Shown here piece by piece: positions 54,496 through 63,237 of a DNA stretch of 64,000 nucleotides; position 1 is the first letter of the stretch; every line of letters starts with the position of its first letter. A model generated the notes under the pieces. It was not told where the DNA came from and did no database searches. It was given only the letters and a program-made list of their open reading frames with translations. This stretch comes from a bacterium. GTDB lineage: Bacteria; Patescibacteriota; Minisyncoccia; Phycocordibacterales; UBA6899. The stretch is from positions 2,349-66,348 of the forward strand of contig JAYUQG010000014.1 of the NCBI GenBank assembly GCA_043756865.1, in the 5' to 3' direction. Position numbers and translations under genes: made by a program.

Positions 54496-54813
54496 TTAGT
54501 TGCGATCACGCCAACCTCCGCGGCGGTCACCACCAGCACCACCACCACCTCCCTGTGGGCGGTCCTCCTTCGGGCGAGCGACGTTCACTGTGAGTGTACG
54601 TCCGCCGAATTCCTTACCGTGCCACATGTCGATAGCAGCCTGCGCCTCTCCTTCCGATGCCATTTCGACGAAGCCGAATCCGCGTGAGCGGCCGGTCATA
54701 CGATCGGTGACAATCGACGACGAGACTACCGAACCCGCTGTCGCAAATGCGTCACCGAGTTCCTGATCTGTCGTAGAGTAGGGCAATCCTCCTACGTATA
54801 GCTTTTGAGCCAT
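54496..54813 (-). CDS. glycine-rich RNA-binding protein (RRM domain)
   Basis: RNP-2 LYVGGL and RNP-1 RGFGFVEM; C-terminal GGGGGAGGDRRGGWRDR tail. Confidence 0.7.
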   Translation of the reverse strand: MAQKLYVGGLPYSTTDQELGDAFATAGSVVSSSIVTDRMTGRSRGFGFVEMASEGEAQAAIDMWHGKEFGGRTLTVNVARPKEDRPQGGGGGAGGDRRGGWRDRN

Positions 54814-54975
54814 TTTGTGTCTGAACTACTTGCATAAAACATCGCGTACGACCTTCTCGATGCACTTAAGCGAATGCTCAGCCACTGATGCGAGAAACAC
54901 ACGAATGGAAACATTATACACGTTTATAATAAAAGCGCAACCCATTAGGAAGCGCTGTGTTAAGCTGTTATTTGG

Positions 54976-55149
54976 CTACTTGTTGGGAAACAGCGGAACA
55001 TAATTCCCTTGTACATTTCCTTCTTTAGTTTGGACTTTCGGATGTTCGCCTTCCTTGAGTGCGTTGAGCAATCTCTTTGCTTGCCGCTCTTCAAATTGTT
55101 TAAGAACGCTTTCCGCGCGTTCATTGCGGAGATGGTATCCACGAGACAC
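54976..55149 (-). CDS. candidate unannotated small basic protein (57 aa, GTG start), weakly S21-like
   Basis: MSRGYHLRNERAESVLKQFEERQAKRLLNALKEGEHPK...; preceded on the minus strand by TTGCGC-N16-TTATAT and an AAGGG Shine-Dalgarno 9 nt before the GTG; below the ORF-track length cut-off. Confidence 0.2.
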   Translation of the reverse strand: MSRGYHLRNERAESVLKQFEERQAKRLLNALKEGEHPKVQTKEGNVQGNYVPLFPNK

Positions 55150-55241
55150 GGTCGTGACCCTTCATTTCAACAGTGAAGTCTCGGATATAACAGAGGTGCG
55201 TATTCTGCGCAAAAAAACAGAGCGGAAGGCCTCCATTTTGT

Positions 55242-55994
55242 TTACTCTAGGACGAAACTTGCGCGCACGGTCACAAAGACTTCTTTATCGATATGCATCG
55301 TATCAAAGGAGCCGTAGTCAGAAACTTCGCCGGAGTTTACTGGCAACACTTGCACCACTCCTGACGATGCAGCCTTGAGCATTCCCACACGCTTGCTGTC
55401 CGCTCCGGCAATCTCCGTTGCACGGGCGCGAGCATCCTTGAGCGCGGCACCGAGAAGTTTGACCCGTAAGTCCGCAAGCTTTGAGTAATAATACTCGAGC
55501 GCAAGGGTGTTCACGAAGACCCCTTGGCCAACAAGTGTGTCGGTATTTTTGGCGAGCGTTGTGACCTTCCCCACATCATCGGCATGAACGACAATCGTTG
55601 TGCGTAGCATATACTCACGGGGGGTTCCATGTTGCTTGTTGTAGTCATAATTTTCCGAGGTATATACAGGTGTGGTGGTGATACTTTCCGCGGCAATTCC
55701 CGCCCCCGTAAGCCAAGTTGTGGCAGACGCGAGGTCGTCTTTCATCGCTTTGTTTGCCTCTTTTAACCCTGTCTCGTTGGTGCGGCGAGTAATTTCCATT
55801 GTCCACTTCACCGTGTCGGAAGTGACACGCTCTTTCGTAGAGCCGGTGACTGAAAGTGCATTATCAAACCCACGTACCGTCTTCCATGCAGACGTGCCAA
55901 TAAGTGTCGCGAGGACAAGTGCGAGACCCACGACAAGTGCTGCACTAATGACCGCAAGGCGGATATCTTTTGAATCAAGTTTGATGTTTTCCAT
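55242..55994 (-). CDS. SIMPL-domain (DUF541, YggE-like) periplasmic/membrane protein
   Basis: N-terminal TM; overall SIMPL-like pattern ...TTTPVYTSENYDY...LRTTIVVHADDVGKV...ATEIAGADSKRVGMLKAASSG... Confidence 0.45.
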   Translation of the reverse strand: MENIKLDSKDIRLAVISAALVVGLALVLATLIGTSAWKTVRGFDNALSVTGSTKERVTSDTVKWTMEITRRTNETGLKEANKAMKDDLASATTWLTGAGIAAESITTTPVYTSENYDYNKQHGTPREYMLRTTIVVHADDVGKVTTLAKNTDTLVGQGVFVNTLALEYYYSKLADLRVKLLGAALKDARARATEIAGADSKRVGMLKAASSGVVQVLPVNSGEVSDYGSFDTMHIDKEVFVTVRASFVLE

Positions 55995-56021
55995 GACGAG
56001 AAGTAGTGTTAATGTGCATTC

Positions 56022-56050
56022 ATTATAATATGCGGGGTGTGAGTTGGGAA
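56022..56050 (-). promoter_or_regulatory. sigma70-like promoter for the SIMPL gene (TTCCCA-N17-TATAAT)
   Basis: minus-strand reading GATTCCCAACTCACACCCCGCATATTATAATGAAT. Confidence 0.3.
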
Positions 56051-56101
56051 TCTTTCAAAATACTGAGTACGCCCTCTACACTGGGGTACGACAAACATAA
56101 A

Positions 56102-56129
56102 TAGACTTTTGTGCCTATAACTGTAGAAT
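56102..56129 (+). promoter_or_regulatory. sigma70-like promoter for 56164 gene (TAGACT-N16-TAGAAT) with GGAG Shine-Dalgarno
   Basis: -10 TAGAAT 56124-29; GGAG 56153-56 seven nt before the ATG. Confidence 0.3.
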
Positions 56130-56163
56130 ATTGCTCAGGTCATTTCGTTAATGGAGTCATGCA

Positions 56164-56430
56164 ATGGTTCTCGAAGCTTCCAAACGCATTGGGCTTTCAT
56201 CGCTCATGTTGGGTCTCACGTTTCTCTTTCTACTCTTTTCCGCGTGGTGCGGCTCCATCAATCCCTACATGCCAAACTTTCCTCTGATCAAGGAAACGTT
56301 CGCCATGATGCTCATCTTCGGGGTCGCCATAGGCCAAGTTGGAGCGACCGTAGGAATAGTGCTCGCCCTTATCGTTCTCTTCGTACCCACAAAGTGTGAG
56401 CCCGAGGAGAAAGAACTCGGTGCCTCATAA
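56164..56430 (+). CDS. small integral membrane protein (2-3 TM)
   Basis: 88-aa hydrophobic ORF followed by terminator. Confidence 0.4.
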   Translation: MVLEASKRIGLSSLMLGLTFLFLLFSAWCGSINPYMPNFPLIKETFAMMLIFGVAIGQVGATVGIVLALIVLFVPTKCEPEEKELGAS

Positions 56431-56461
56431 AAAACCCCCGCAGAGCGGGGATTTCTTTTTT
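56431..56461 (+). terminator. bidirectional rho-independent terminator between convergent genes (56164 gene and pepA)
   Basis: AAAAA-CCCCGC-AGA-GCGGGG-ATTTCTTTTTT. Confidence 0.6.
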
Positions 56462-56472
56462 GAACAAAAAAT

Positions 56473-57888
56473 TTATGGAGTGTTCTTTTCGAATGTTTCG
56501 AGTAATCGGACAAGTAGCCGCACAGGCTCACCTGCCGCCCCTTTTGCAAGGTAATCCCCTTCACAGGTCGTCATGCGCGGAGCGATATCGATGTGTACCC
56601 AAGGATATACGGGCGCATCTTTTTTCCCCTCTTTGGTAAACTGATAGAGAAATATAGCACCAGAAATTGCGCCTGCAAGTCTCCCTTTCCCAAGGTTTGC
56701 CCAGTCACCAAATGTGCCCTTGATATCTGCCTCATATTCATCCCAAAGCGGAAGTGGCCACACATAGTCACCCGTCGCTTCGCCAATTGCTCGGAAGCGT
56801 TCTTCAAGAAGAGTATCCTTTGTAAAAAGTGCTGAGGCCTTATTCCCTAGTGCAATGAGTGCAGCACCCGTCAGTGTCGCAACGTCCACCACAAGGGCGG
56901 GTTTAAACTGTTTTGCATAATGAAGCGCATCCGCAAGCACCACTCTTCCTTCGGCATCAGTATTTAATACTTCAATGGTTTTTCCAGACATGCTCCGTAT
57001 TACATCACCCGGGCGGTAACTCTCTCCTGATGGCATATTTTCTGCTGCAGGAACAAGGGCGACAATATTGCTTTTTAGCTTGAGGCGAGCGGCAATAATG
57101 ATTGCGTGGATGACCGCAGCACCTCCCGACATATCCATATGCATTTCATAAATTGCGTCAGATGGTTTCAGGTTGAGACCACCGGTGTCAAATGTAATTC
57201 CTTTTCCAACAAGCACAATGGGCTGTGCTTCGCGGTCACCCCCACGATATTCCATGCGAATAAACCGCGGTTTTGCATGCGAACCCTTTCCGACTGCGAG
57301 AATCGCGCCCATGCCCAGCTCTTTCATGGCATGCTCGTCATACACTGTGACCTCTATGGGAAGCCCTTGGGCGAGCTGGGTAGCCTCCTCTGCCAAAAGG
57401 GCAGGCGTCATGTCGCCACCGGGAGTGTTTGCGAGCGCGCGTGTTGCATTCACACCTTCCCCAATTATTTTTCCTTTTTTAATTCCCATCTCTACTTCCT
57501 TTGTAGCAGCGCAAACCAGCGTCAGTTCAGAAACGGCGTTCCAGCCATCCTTTGGTTTGGTCTTGTATTTTGTATACGCAAAATTCGCCATTTCACAATT
57601 TACTGCAACAAGTTCAGCGAGTTGCGCGGATGAAAGTGCGAGTTGAGGAAACTGCAGTGCAGTCCAATCAATAGCCAACTTGGATTGTTTTGCAGCAGTA
57701 GCTGCTGCAATCATTTTGCGAATGGTCGTGATGAGCTTGCGGAGTGTCATGGCCTCCCGACTGCCAATCCCAACCTCAATCACCATCTTTCCATTTGCAC
57801 CGCGCACAACCATGTCGGCACCTTCTATAAACACCACGCGTGCGATGTCGCTATCTTTTGGAGTCTTTGTGGAAAATATATATTTCAT
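56473..57888 (-). CDS. pepA: leucyl aminopeptidase (M17 family)
   Basis: NTDAEGRVVLADALHYA signature (NTDAEGRL), DVATLTGA, metal-binding residues in the C-terminal domain. Confidence 0.75.
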   Translation of the reverse strand: MKYIFSTKTPKDSDIARVVFIEGADMVVRGANGKMVIEVGIGSREAMTLRKLITTIRKMIAAATAAKQSKLAIDWTALQFPQLALSSAQLAELVAVNCEMANFAYTKYKTKPKDGWNAVSELTLVCAATKEVEMGIKKGKIIGEGVNATRALANTPGGDMTPALLAEEATQLAQGLPIEVTVYDEHAMKELGMGAILAVGKGSHAKPRFIRMEYRGGDREAQPIVLVGKGITFDTGGLNLKPSDAIYEMHMDMSGGAAVIHAIIIAARLKLKSNIVALVPAAENMPSGESYRPGDVIRSMSGKTIEVLNTDAEGRVVLADALHYAKQFKPALVVDVATLTGAALIALGNKASALFTKDTLLEERFRAIGEATGDYVWPLPLWDEYEADIKGTFGDWANLGKGRLAGAISGAIFLYQFTKEGKKDAPVYPWVHIDIAPRMTTCEGDYLAKGAAGEPVRLLVRLLETFEKNTP

Positions 57889-57981
57889 AAAATGCTGTGC
57901 GTGTAAGCAAAACTAATACTACTGCAAATAATGTGTGACTATTATACTATTCTGCACAAACTTGACTCCACGTCACTACCA

Positions 57982-60276
57982 CTAGAACCACTGTGCGATG
58001 TAGTCAGAAAACGGCTGCGTGATGCCACGATAGCCCTTTGCCATCATCACCGTCTTTCTCCGGCAATTTTTCGCGACTTGCTCTGGAACAGAACCAATCC
58101 CAATTACCTGCGTAATGCCGCCACGTGCAGCAGGAAGCAAGACCACATCCGAACCTGAGGCGGCCTTGAGAATGCCGGAGGCAAGATAGTCGGAATACAC
58201 AAGTTGTGAAGTGACATTCTGATCTTTGATTTTTAGCTCACGCACACGCTCCTCAAGAACCTTGCGATAGTATGCATCACTTTTACCGCGTACGTCTTCA
58301 GGTACAACCATGGCCACCGTCACTTTTGAACCATAGGTATGACAGAGCGCGGTTGCCACTTTGCCGGTGAATCGCAAATTTGGATTCCCGTCCACGGCAA
58401 CTGGAATGAACACCTGTTCCATCTTTGGTGTTGTGCCGAGCTTCACGGTAAGCAGGTCGCACTTAGCACGATGCAGTACCACGTCAATCTTCCTTCCAAA
58501 AATAAACCCTTTGGTGTCGACACCTCCATCCCAATTTAAAATAACGAGGTCAGCGTTCTCAGAAGCAACGGTTTCAAGAATTGCATCGGGGATGGAGTGT
58601 GCCGCAACAATACGCGTGTCGACGTTTTGCCGCTTACGTGACATATTCTCTTCTATTTCTTCGAGTACACGCTTCTCTCGTGAAGACTGAAATGCGTCGT
58701 CAACATGGTCACCCGCATGTATTTCGTGAATTTTTAGTGCAATTAAGTCACCTCCTTCTTCTTTGGTCATTGCAGAGGCAATGTCTGCAAAGGCTTGCCA
58801 GTTGCGTTCATCCCCCACAGGAAGGACAACTCTGTACTCACTCTTGGGGTGAAATCGTGTTGAATGCTCATACACAACATCGCGTGCGTGGTCTTCTCGT
58901 CTAATGCGTTTTGCATAACCAAGATAGTTGACGAGTCCGATGAGAATCCAAATCAACAGAAAATAAAGTGCGGTTGTCGACACGTGGAAGAGTGCGATAC
59001 CCAAGAGTCCGTACAAGAATACTGCAAACAAGGGGAGGACTGGCTCAAACGGTACCACATACTGCCAGCGTGCCTCGGGTTTTTGTCGGCGTAGCTGCAC
59101 ATATGCGTAATTGAGTTGCATAAAAAGTACAATAAAGAGAATACTTGCCGCACTCGCAATGTCCTGGAGTGGCAACGCGACGGCCACGAGAATAATTGCA
59201 ATAAGGGAAGCTATGAGTGCACGCGCAGGAATGTAGTTAACAGGGTGCATGACACCAAGTCCCGCGAAGACAAGCTTGTCTCGCCCAAGCGAGAAAAGTA
59301 CACGTGAGGAGGAGTAGATAGTTGCATTCAGTGCAGCAAGGTTCGCCAAGAGTCCCGCCACCAACATAATAATGTACCCAAATGGCATAAACTGCTCGGC
59401 AGACTCGATGATTGCCCGTTCGTGCACTGTACCCAAGAACTGCCACGAGGGTTCACCTGCGGAACCCGCTGTTGCGCCTGTAATAACAATCGCGATGAGC
59501 ACATAAATAATTGATACGACTGCCCACGAACTAAAGAGTCCAATTTTTAGCACACGTGCAGGGTTTTCAACCTCCTCACCGGTTTGAGCCTGGATTTCTG
59601 ATCCCTCAAACGCGATATAAAACAGGCCCGCAGCCTGTATGACACCCGCCAACCCCATAGGAAGAAGAGGAGTGAAATTGTGCACTGCCAATGCAGTATT
59701 TCCAATCATTGACTTGAGTCCTGAGACAATATAGAGGAAAAGAATGGCGAGTATTATGACTGCGATACCACCTCCCACTTTGCCAGAAAGTTGTACGCCT
59801 CGGTAGTTAATAAGCCCAAAAAGCAAAATGACACCAACAGTAAACAATGTTGCCCATGTGTCGTAAGTGAATAGGGCCGACGGGAGAGCAAGAAAATCAA
59901 ATAAAAATTCTTCGAGAAAAAATCCAAACGATACTGCATAGAGCGCACAGGCCACCGCAGACGCCATCCATGAACACCAGCCAGAAAGAAAACCGCTGAG
60001 ATCGCCCAGGCCTTCACGGACCCAATGATATCCCCCACCCGCCTGAGGAAACGTCGTCGCAAGCGCCACATACGCGTTCAAATTTATAAATGCAATACCC
60101 GCACCGAGGAGCATTGCAAATACAAGGCCTCCTCCCGCAATTCCCGACACAGTGCCAAGCAATGTAAACACGCCACCACCAAGCAGTGCGCCAATACCGA
60201 GGAGTGTCACTTCCGGTATGCCAAGGGAGCGAGCGAGTGTCGGGTCAGTTGATTGCTGCTTGCGATGGTTGTTCAT
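57982..60276 (-). CDS. APC-family amino acid permease fused to two C-terminal universal stress protein (UspA) domains
   Basis: roughly 12 TM N-terminal 440 aa with APC-like pattern; C-terminal DLVILNWDGG and DVVLLPAARGG Usp-like nucleotide-binding folds. Confidence 0.55.
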   Translation of the reverse strand: MNNHRKQQSTDPTLARSLGIPEVTLLGIGALLGGGVFTLLGTVSGIAGGGLVFAMLLGAGIAFINLNAYVALATTFPQAGGGYHWVREGLGDLSGFLSGWCSWMASAVACALYAVSFGFFLEEFLFDFLALPSALFTYDTWATLFTVGVILLFGLINYRGVQLSGKVGGGIAVIILAILFLYIVSGLKSMIGNTALAVHNFTPLLPMGLAGVIQAAGLFYIAFEGSEIQAQTGEEVENPARVLKIGLFSSWAVVSIIYVLIAIVITGATAGSAGEPSWQFLGTVHERAIIESAEQFMPFGYIIMLVAGLLANLAALNATIYSSSRVLFSLGRDKLVFAGLGVMHPVNYIPARALIASLIAIILVAVALPLQDIASAASILFIVLFMQLNYAYVQLRRQKPEARWQYVVPFEPVLPLFAVFLYGLLGIALFHVSTTALYFLLIWILIGLVNYLGYAKRIRREDHARDVVYEHSTRFHPKSEYRVVLPVGDERNWQAFADIASAMTKEEGGDLIALKIHEIHAGDHVDDAFQSSREKRVLEEIEENMSRKRQNVDTRIVAAHSIPDAILETVASENADLVILNWDGGVDTKGFIFGRKIDVVLHRAKCDLLTVKLGTTPKMEQVFIPVAVDGNPNLRFTGKVATALCHTYGSKVTVAMVVPEDVRGKSDAYYRKVLEERVRELKIKDQNVTSQLVYSDYLASGILKAASGSDVVLLPAARGGITQVIGIGSVPEQVAKNCRRKTVMMAKGYRGITQPFSDYIAQWF

Positions 60277-60494
60277 GGTTGTGGGTCATCGCATCTTAGG
60301 CGACAGAGCAAAAGAGTCAATGTCGAAACAGGGTGATTATACATCGCTTCCCACTACATGGGGAAGGCACGCAACACAAGAAACGCAACAATAGTGTTTG
60401 AGCCTTTAATAGGCAATGTGTCAATATTTTTGACCGCTATTCGAACGTTAAACTTTCTTATAATATAGAGAGTAATTAATCGCATTTACTTATC

Positions 60495-62489
60495 ATGACA
60501 AAAAAGCATGTTTGGATTGGAGTTATTGCACTCGTCGTTCTCGCAGGTGGTATCGCATTCACTTTCTCAGGGGATGCAACAGTTATAACAAAAGACACAT
60601 CTATTGCAGGCGACTTTGCTGTGCCCGGAGGCAAACATATCGTTATAAAAAACGGCGCAACACTCACCGTAGAAGGTAACCTAACGGTTGACGGCATGCT
60701 CTCCTGCCAAGATGGTGCACTATCCTTGCGTGTGGGAGGAGACCTCTTGGTAAACGGAACGGTTGACTGTCTGCTTGTCGAAAGTGGCGCGAAAAAAACC
60801 ACAGGAGTAAGCATTGCAATTGCCGCAGGTCATGTTGAGTTCGGTGAAGCCTCGACGCTTATTACGAACGGGCATATTGATATTGTGGGTGACAGCGCGA
60901 AACTGCTCGGGAGTGCAGCGGCGATTTCTGCACTTTATGACGAGACAATCGTTGACAGCGGAAGTACTCCACGCATCGGTCCGATGGTCGCAGAGAATCC
61001 CACTCGGAAGATTACTGCATTCAAAGGTGTGCGTACTGCGTCAGTAAACACCATTTCCGCAACTGATGAGACGGGGGGTTCTATTATTCCACGCGCATAC
61101 GCACACGGTGGAGACGATGCTGAAATCGGGGTTCGAAATGTCATATTGCGCGGTACGTGGCATGTTGGTGACGGCACTCCCCCGCCCGCTCATCTCGACC
61201 TCCCGACACCACCGAAGAATGTGAAAAAAATATTGGTGCACTTTGACTTTGGAGATAACGGAAAAATGAAAATTGCCAACTTCCGACTTATAGGGCCAGA
61301 TGGCGCGGATGGCGAAGGTGACATCGATGCATCTTGTGTAGCACGAGGGAGCGACGGTGAAAATGCAATGCGCATGCGCGCAAATGCGGGAAACATCAGC
61401 ATCAATGAATTTACACTTGAGCTTGGGGCAGGCGGTAATGGCGGAGCAGCAGCAACCTCAAATGACTGTGCAGATGGAGTGGCGCAAGGTGGAGCTGGTG
61501 GCGAAGCGGGCAACTTTAAAATGACCGCAACTGAATCAATCGATATAAAAAGCTTTCACCTTGTTCCGGGGGTTGGAGGAAATGGCGGTGACGCTACGGC
61601 AACGGGAAAAGACGGTGCAGATGCATGCCCGGGTACGGCTGGCGGCAATGCGACCGCAACCGGAGGCGTAGGTGGCGCAAACAAAAAAGAACTTTCGGCC
61701 CTTGGTGCCGTAAGCGGAATCGAGAGCGTTACTATTGATCGAGTGAAGGGCGGCATGGGTGGGAATGCGCTTGCAAACCCCGGTCGAGGTGGTGATGGAA
61801 CCGCATGTAATTGCGCTGGGGGTAAAGGTGGAGATGGAAAAGCGACGGGAGGCAGGGGTGGCGAAGCGACGGCATCCGCACCAGCAAGTACAGTGGAATC
61901 ACATGGCGGTGATGGGGGCGACGCTACAGCAGAAGGTGGAGGTGGTGGTCTTGGAGGACACTGCCCACTTAAACCCGCGGGTGGCAACGGGGGAAATGGG
62001 GGTAGTGCGGACGCCACGGCAGGAAAGTTTGGAAAAGGAAAAACTGTTAACGGCAATGACGGTGACATAAAAAATGAAAAGGGTGGTGACGGTGGAAATG
62101 GTGGTGACGGATGTGGCCCGGGCAAAGGAGGAAGAGGTGGACTCGGTGCACCACTCGGCACACCCGGCAAGGATGGTACAAAGATTTGCACAGAAGAGGA
62201 TAAGAAAATCATGGTAGTCCCGGGCGGTGGAGGAGTTACTCCACCCGAGCCAAAAGTAGACCCGATAACCACTCCACAAATCAAAGCGATTCTTTTTAGG
62301 GGAAAATACCTTCCCGTAGATCAACTCATTATTGAGAACGAAGCAGGCTGCGGTGCAGAGCACTGGCACGCAGAGGGTGGGGTGGTTGAAGCGACAGACA
62401 AATCAATGATAGAAGACCCCGGACCCCTATGTGGATACGGAAAAGTGAAAAACAACCCCACTGTATTAGTTCCTGCATCCATCGAGTAA
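60495..62489 (+). CDS. membrane-anchored Gly/Asp/Ala-rich repeat protein with predicted beta-helix N-domain
   Basis: N-terminal TM IGVIALVVLAGGIAF; beta-helix-like IVIKNGATLTVEGNLTVDGMLSCQDGALSLRVGGDLLVNGTVDC; about 15 repeats of GGxGGDATAxGKDG; TATAATATAGAGAG motif 29 nt upstream. Confidence 0.5.
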   Translation: MTKKHVWIGVIALVVLAGGIAFTFSGDATVITKDTSIAGDFAVPGGKHIVIKNGATLTVEGNLTVDGMLSCQDGALSLRVGGDLLVNGTVDCLLVESGAKKTTGVSIAIAAGHVEFGEASTLITNGHIDIVGDSAKLLGSAAAISALYDETIVDSGSTPRIGPMVAENPTRKITAFKGVRTASVNTISATDETGGSIIPRAYAHGGDDAEIGVRNVILRGTWHVGDGTPPPAHLDLPTPPKNVKKILVHFDFGDNGKMKIANFRLIGPDGADGEGDIDASCVARGSDGENAMRMRANAGNISINEFTLELGAGGNGGAAATSNDCADGVAQGGAGGEAGNFKMTATESIDIKSFHLVPGVGGNGGDATATGKDGADACPGTAGGNATATGGVGGANKKELSALGAVSGIESVTIDRVKGGMGGNALANPGRGGDGTACNCAGGKGGDGKATGGRGGEATASAPASTVESHGGDGGDATAEGGGGGLGGHCPLKPAGGNGGNGGSADATAGKFGKGKTVNGNDGDIKNEKGGDGGNGGDGCGPGKGGRGGLGAPLGTPGKDGTKICTEEDKKIMVVPGGGGVTPPEPKVDPITTPQIKAILFRGKYLPVDQLIIENEAGCGAEHWHAEGGVVEATDKSMIEDPGPLCGYGKVKNNPTVLVPASIE

Positions 62490-62516
62490 TTAGGAGGAAG
62501 AAATACAGTGCCTGAA

Positions 62517-62542
62517 ACACCCCTACACCTAGGGGTGTTTTC
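62517..62542 (+). terminator. rho-independent terminator after the Gly-rich protein gene
   Basis: ACACCCCTA-CACC-TAGGGGTGT followed by TTTT. Confidence 0.45.
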
Positions 62543-62631
62543 GTGTATCAAATCTTCTCCTGCTCATCCTCTGGAAAAACAAAACCCGAATAGTCCTTGG
62601 ATGCTTCATTTATAAGCACATATTTGCATAG

Positions 62632-62645
62632 CGAACGATTGTTCG
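62632..62645 (+). promoter_or_regulatory. LexA operator (Cheo-type SOS box CGAACGATTGTTCG)
   Basis: perfect palindrome CGAAC-GATT-GTTCG 14 nt upstream of the lexA ATG. Confidence 0.6.
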
Positions 62646-62658
62646 CTATCCTCTACTA

Positions 62659-63225
62659 ATGGACGAACACCACAAAAAACACATACTGCAGTTCCACGAA
62701 AAACATCAACGGATGCCCTCGTACAGTGAACTCATGGGGCAAACAGGTTTCACCTCACGTGCCTCAATCTTTAAGCTCATTCGTCGACTTACGGAAGAGC
62801 GGTTCCTCACAAAAGACGCACACGGGCATATTGCCCCTGGTAGTACGTGGGGAGGCCTGCGCGTACTTGGGTTGGTCGAGGCAGGCTTCGCATCCCCCGC
62901 CGAAGAAGACCGCGGAGACAGACTTTCGCTTGATGAATTTTTGATACCCGACCGAGACGCGTCATACATGCTCCGTGTCAAAGGCGACTCAATGAAAGAC
63001 GCGGGAATTGTTGACGGAGACATGGTCATTGTAGAGCGCGGAGCACAAGCCAAGGTCGGGTCAATCGTCATTGCCGAAGTAGATGGCGGCTGGACGATGA
63101 AATATTATCGCACCAAAGGAGGCAAGCCATATCTTGAGGCAGCAAATAGCGCATATAAACCCATCTACCCCACCCAAGATTTAACCATCGCAGCGGTTGT
63201 GCGCGCTGTTGTTCGTAAGTACTAG
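62659..63225 (+). CDS. lexA: LexA repressor
   Basis: N-terminal wHTH; S24 peptidase motifs VKGDSMKDAGI (Ser nucleophile) and GDMVIVER...K; 188 aa. Confidence 0.8.
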   Translation: MDEHHKKHILQFHEKHQRMPSYSELMGQTGFTSRASIFKLIRRLTEERFLTKDAHGHIAPGSTWGGLRVLGLVEAGFASPAEEDRGDRLSLDEFLIPDRDASYMLRVKGDSMKDAGIVDGDMVIVERGAQAKVGSIVIAEVDGGWTMKYYRTKGGKPYLEAANSAYKPIYPTQDLTIAAVVRAVVRKY

Positions 63226-63237
63226 CACCTTGTACAC

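Noticed and set aside
55055-55378. 107-aa basic plus-strand ORF
   Set aside because: Overlaps the 3' end of the SIMPL gene on the other strand; Arg/Ser/Leu-rich low-complexity translation.
61556-62284. 242-aa Pro-rich ORF on the minus strand
   Set aside because: It is the antisense of the GGN-rich Gly-repeat gene 60495..62489 (GGN codons read as NCC, i.e. Pro); a composition artefact.
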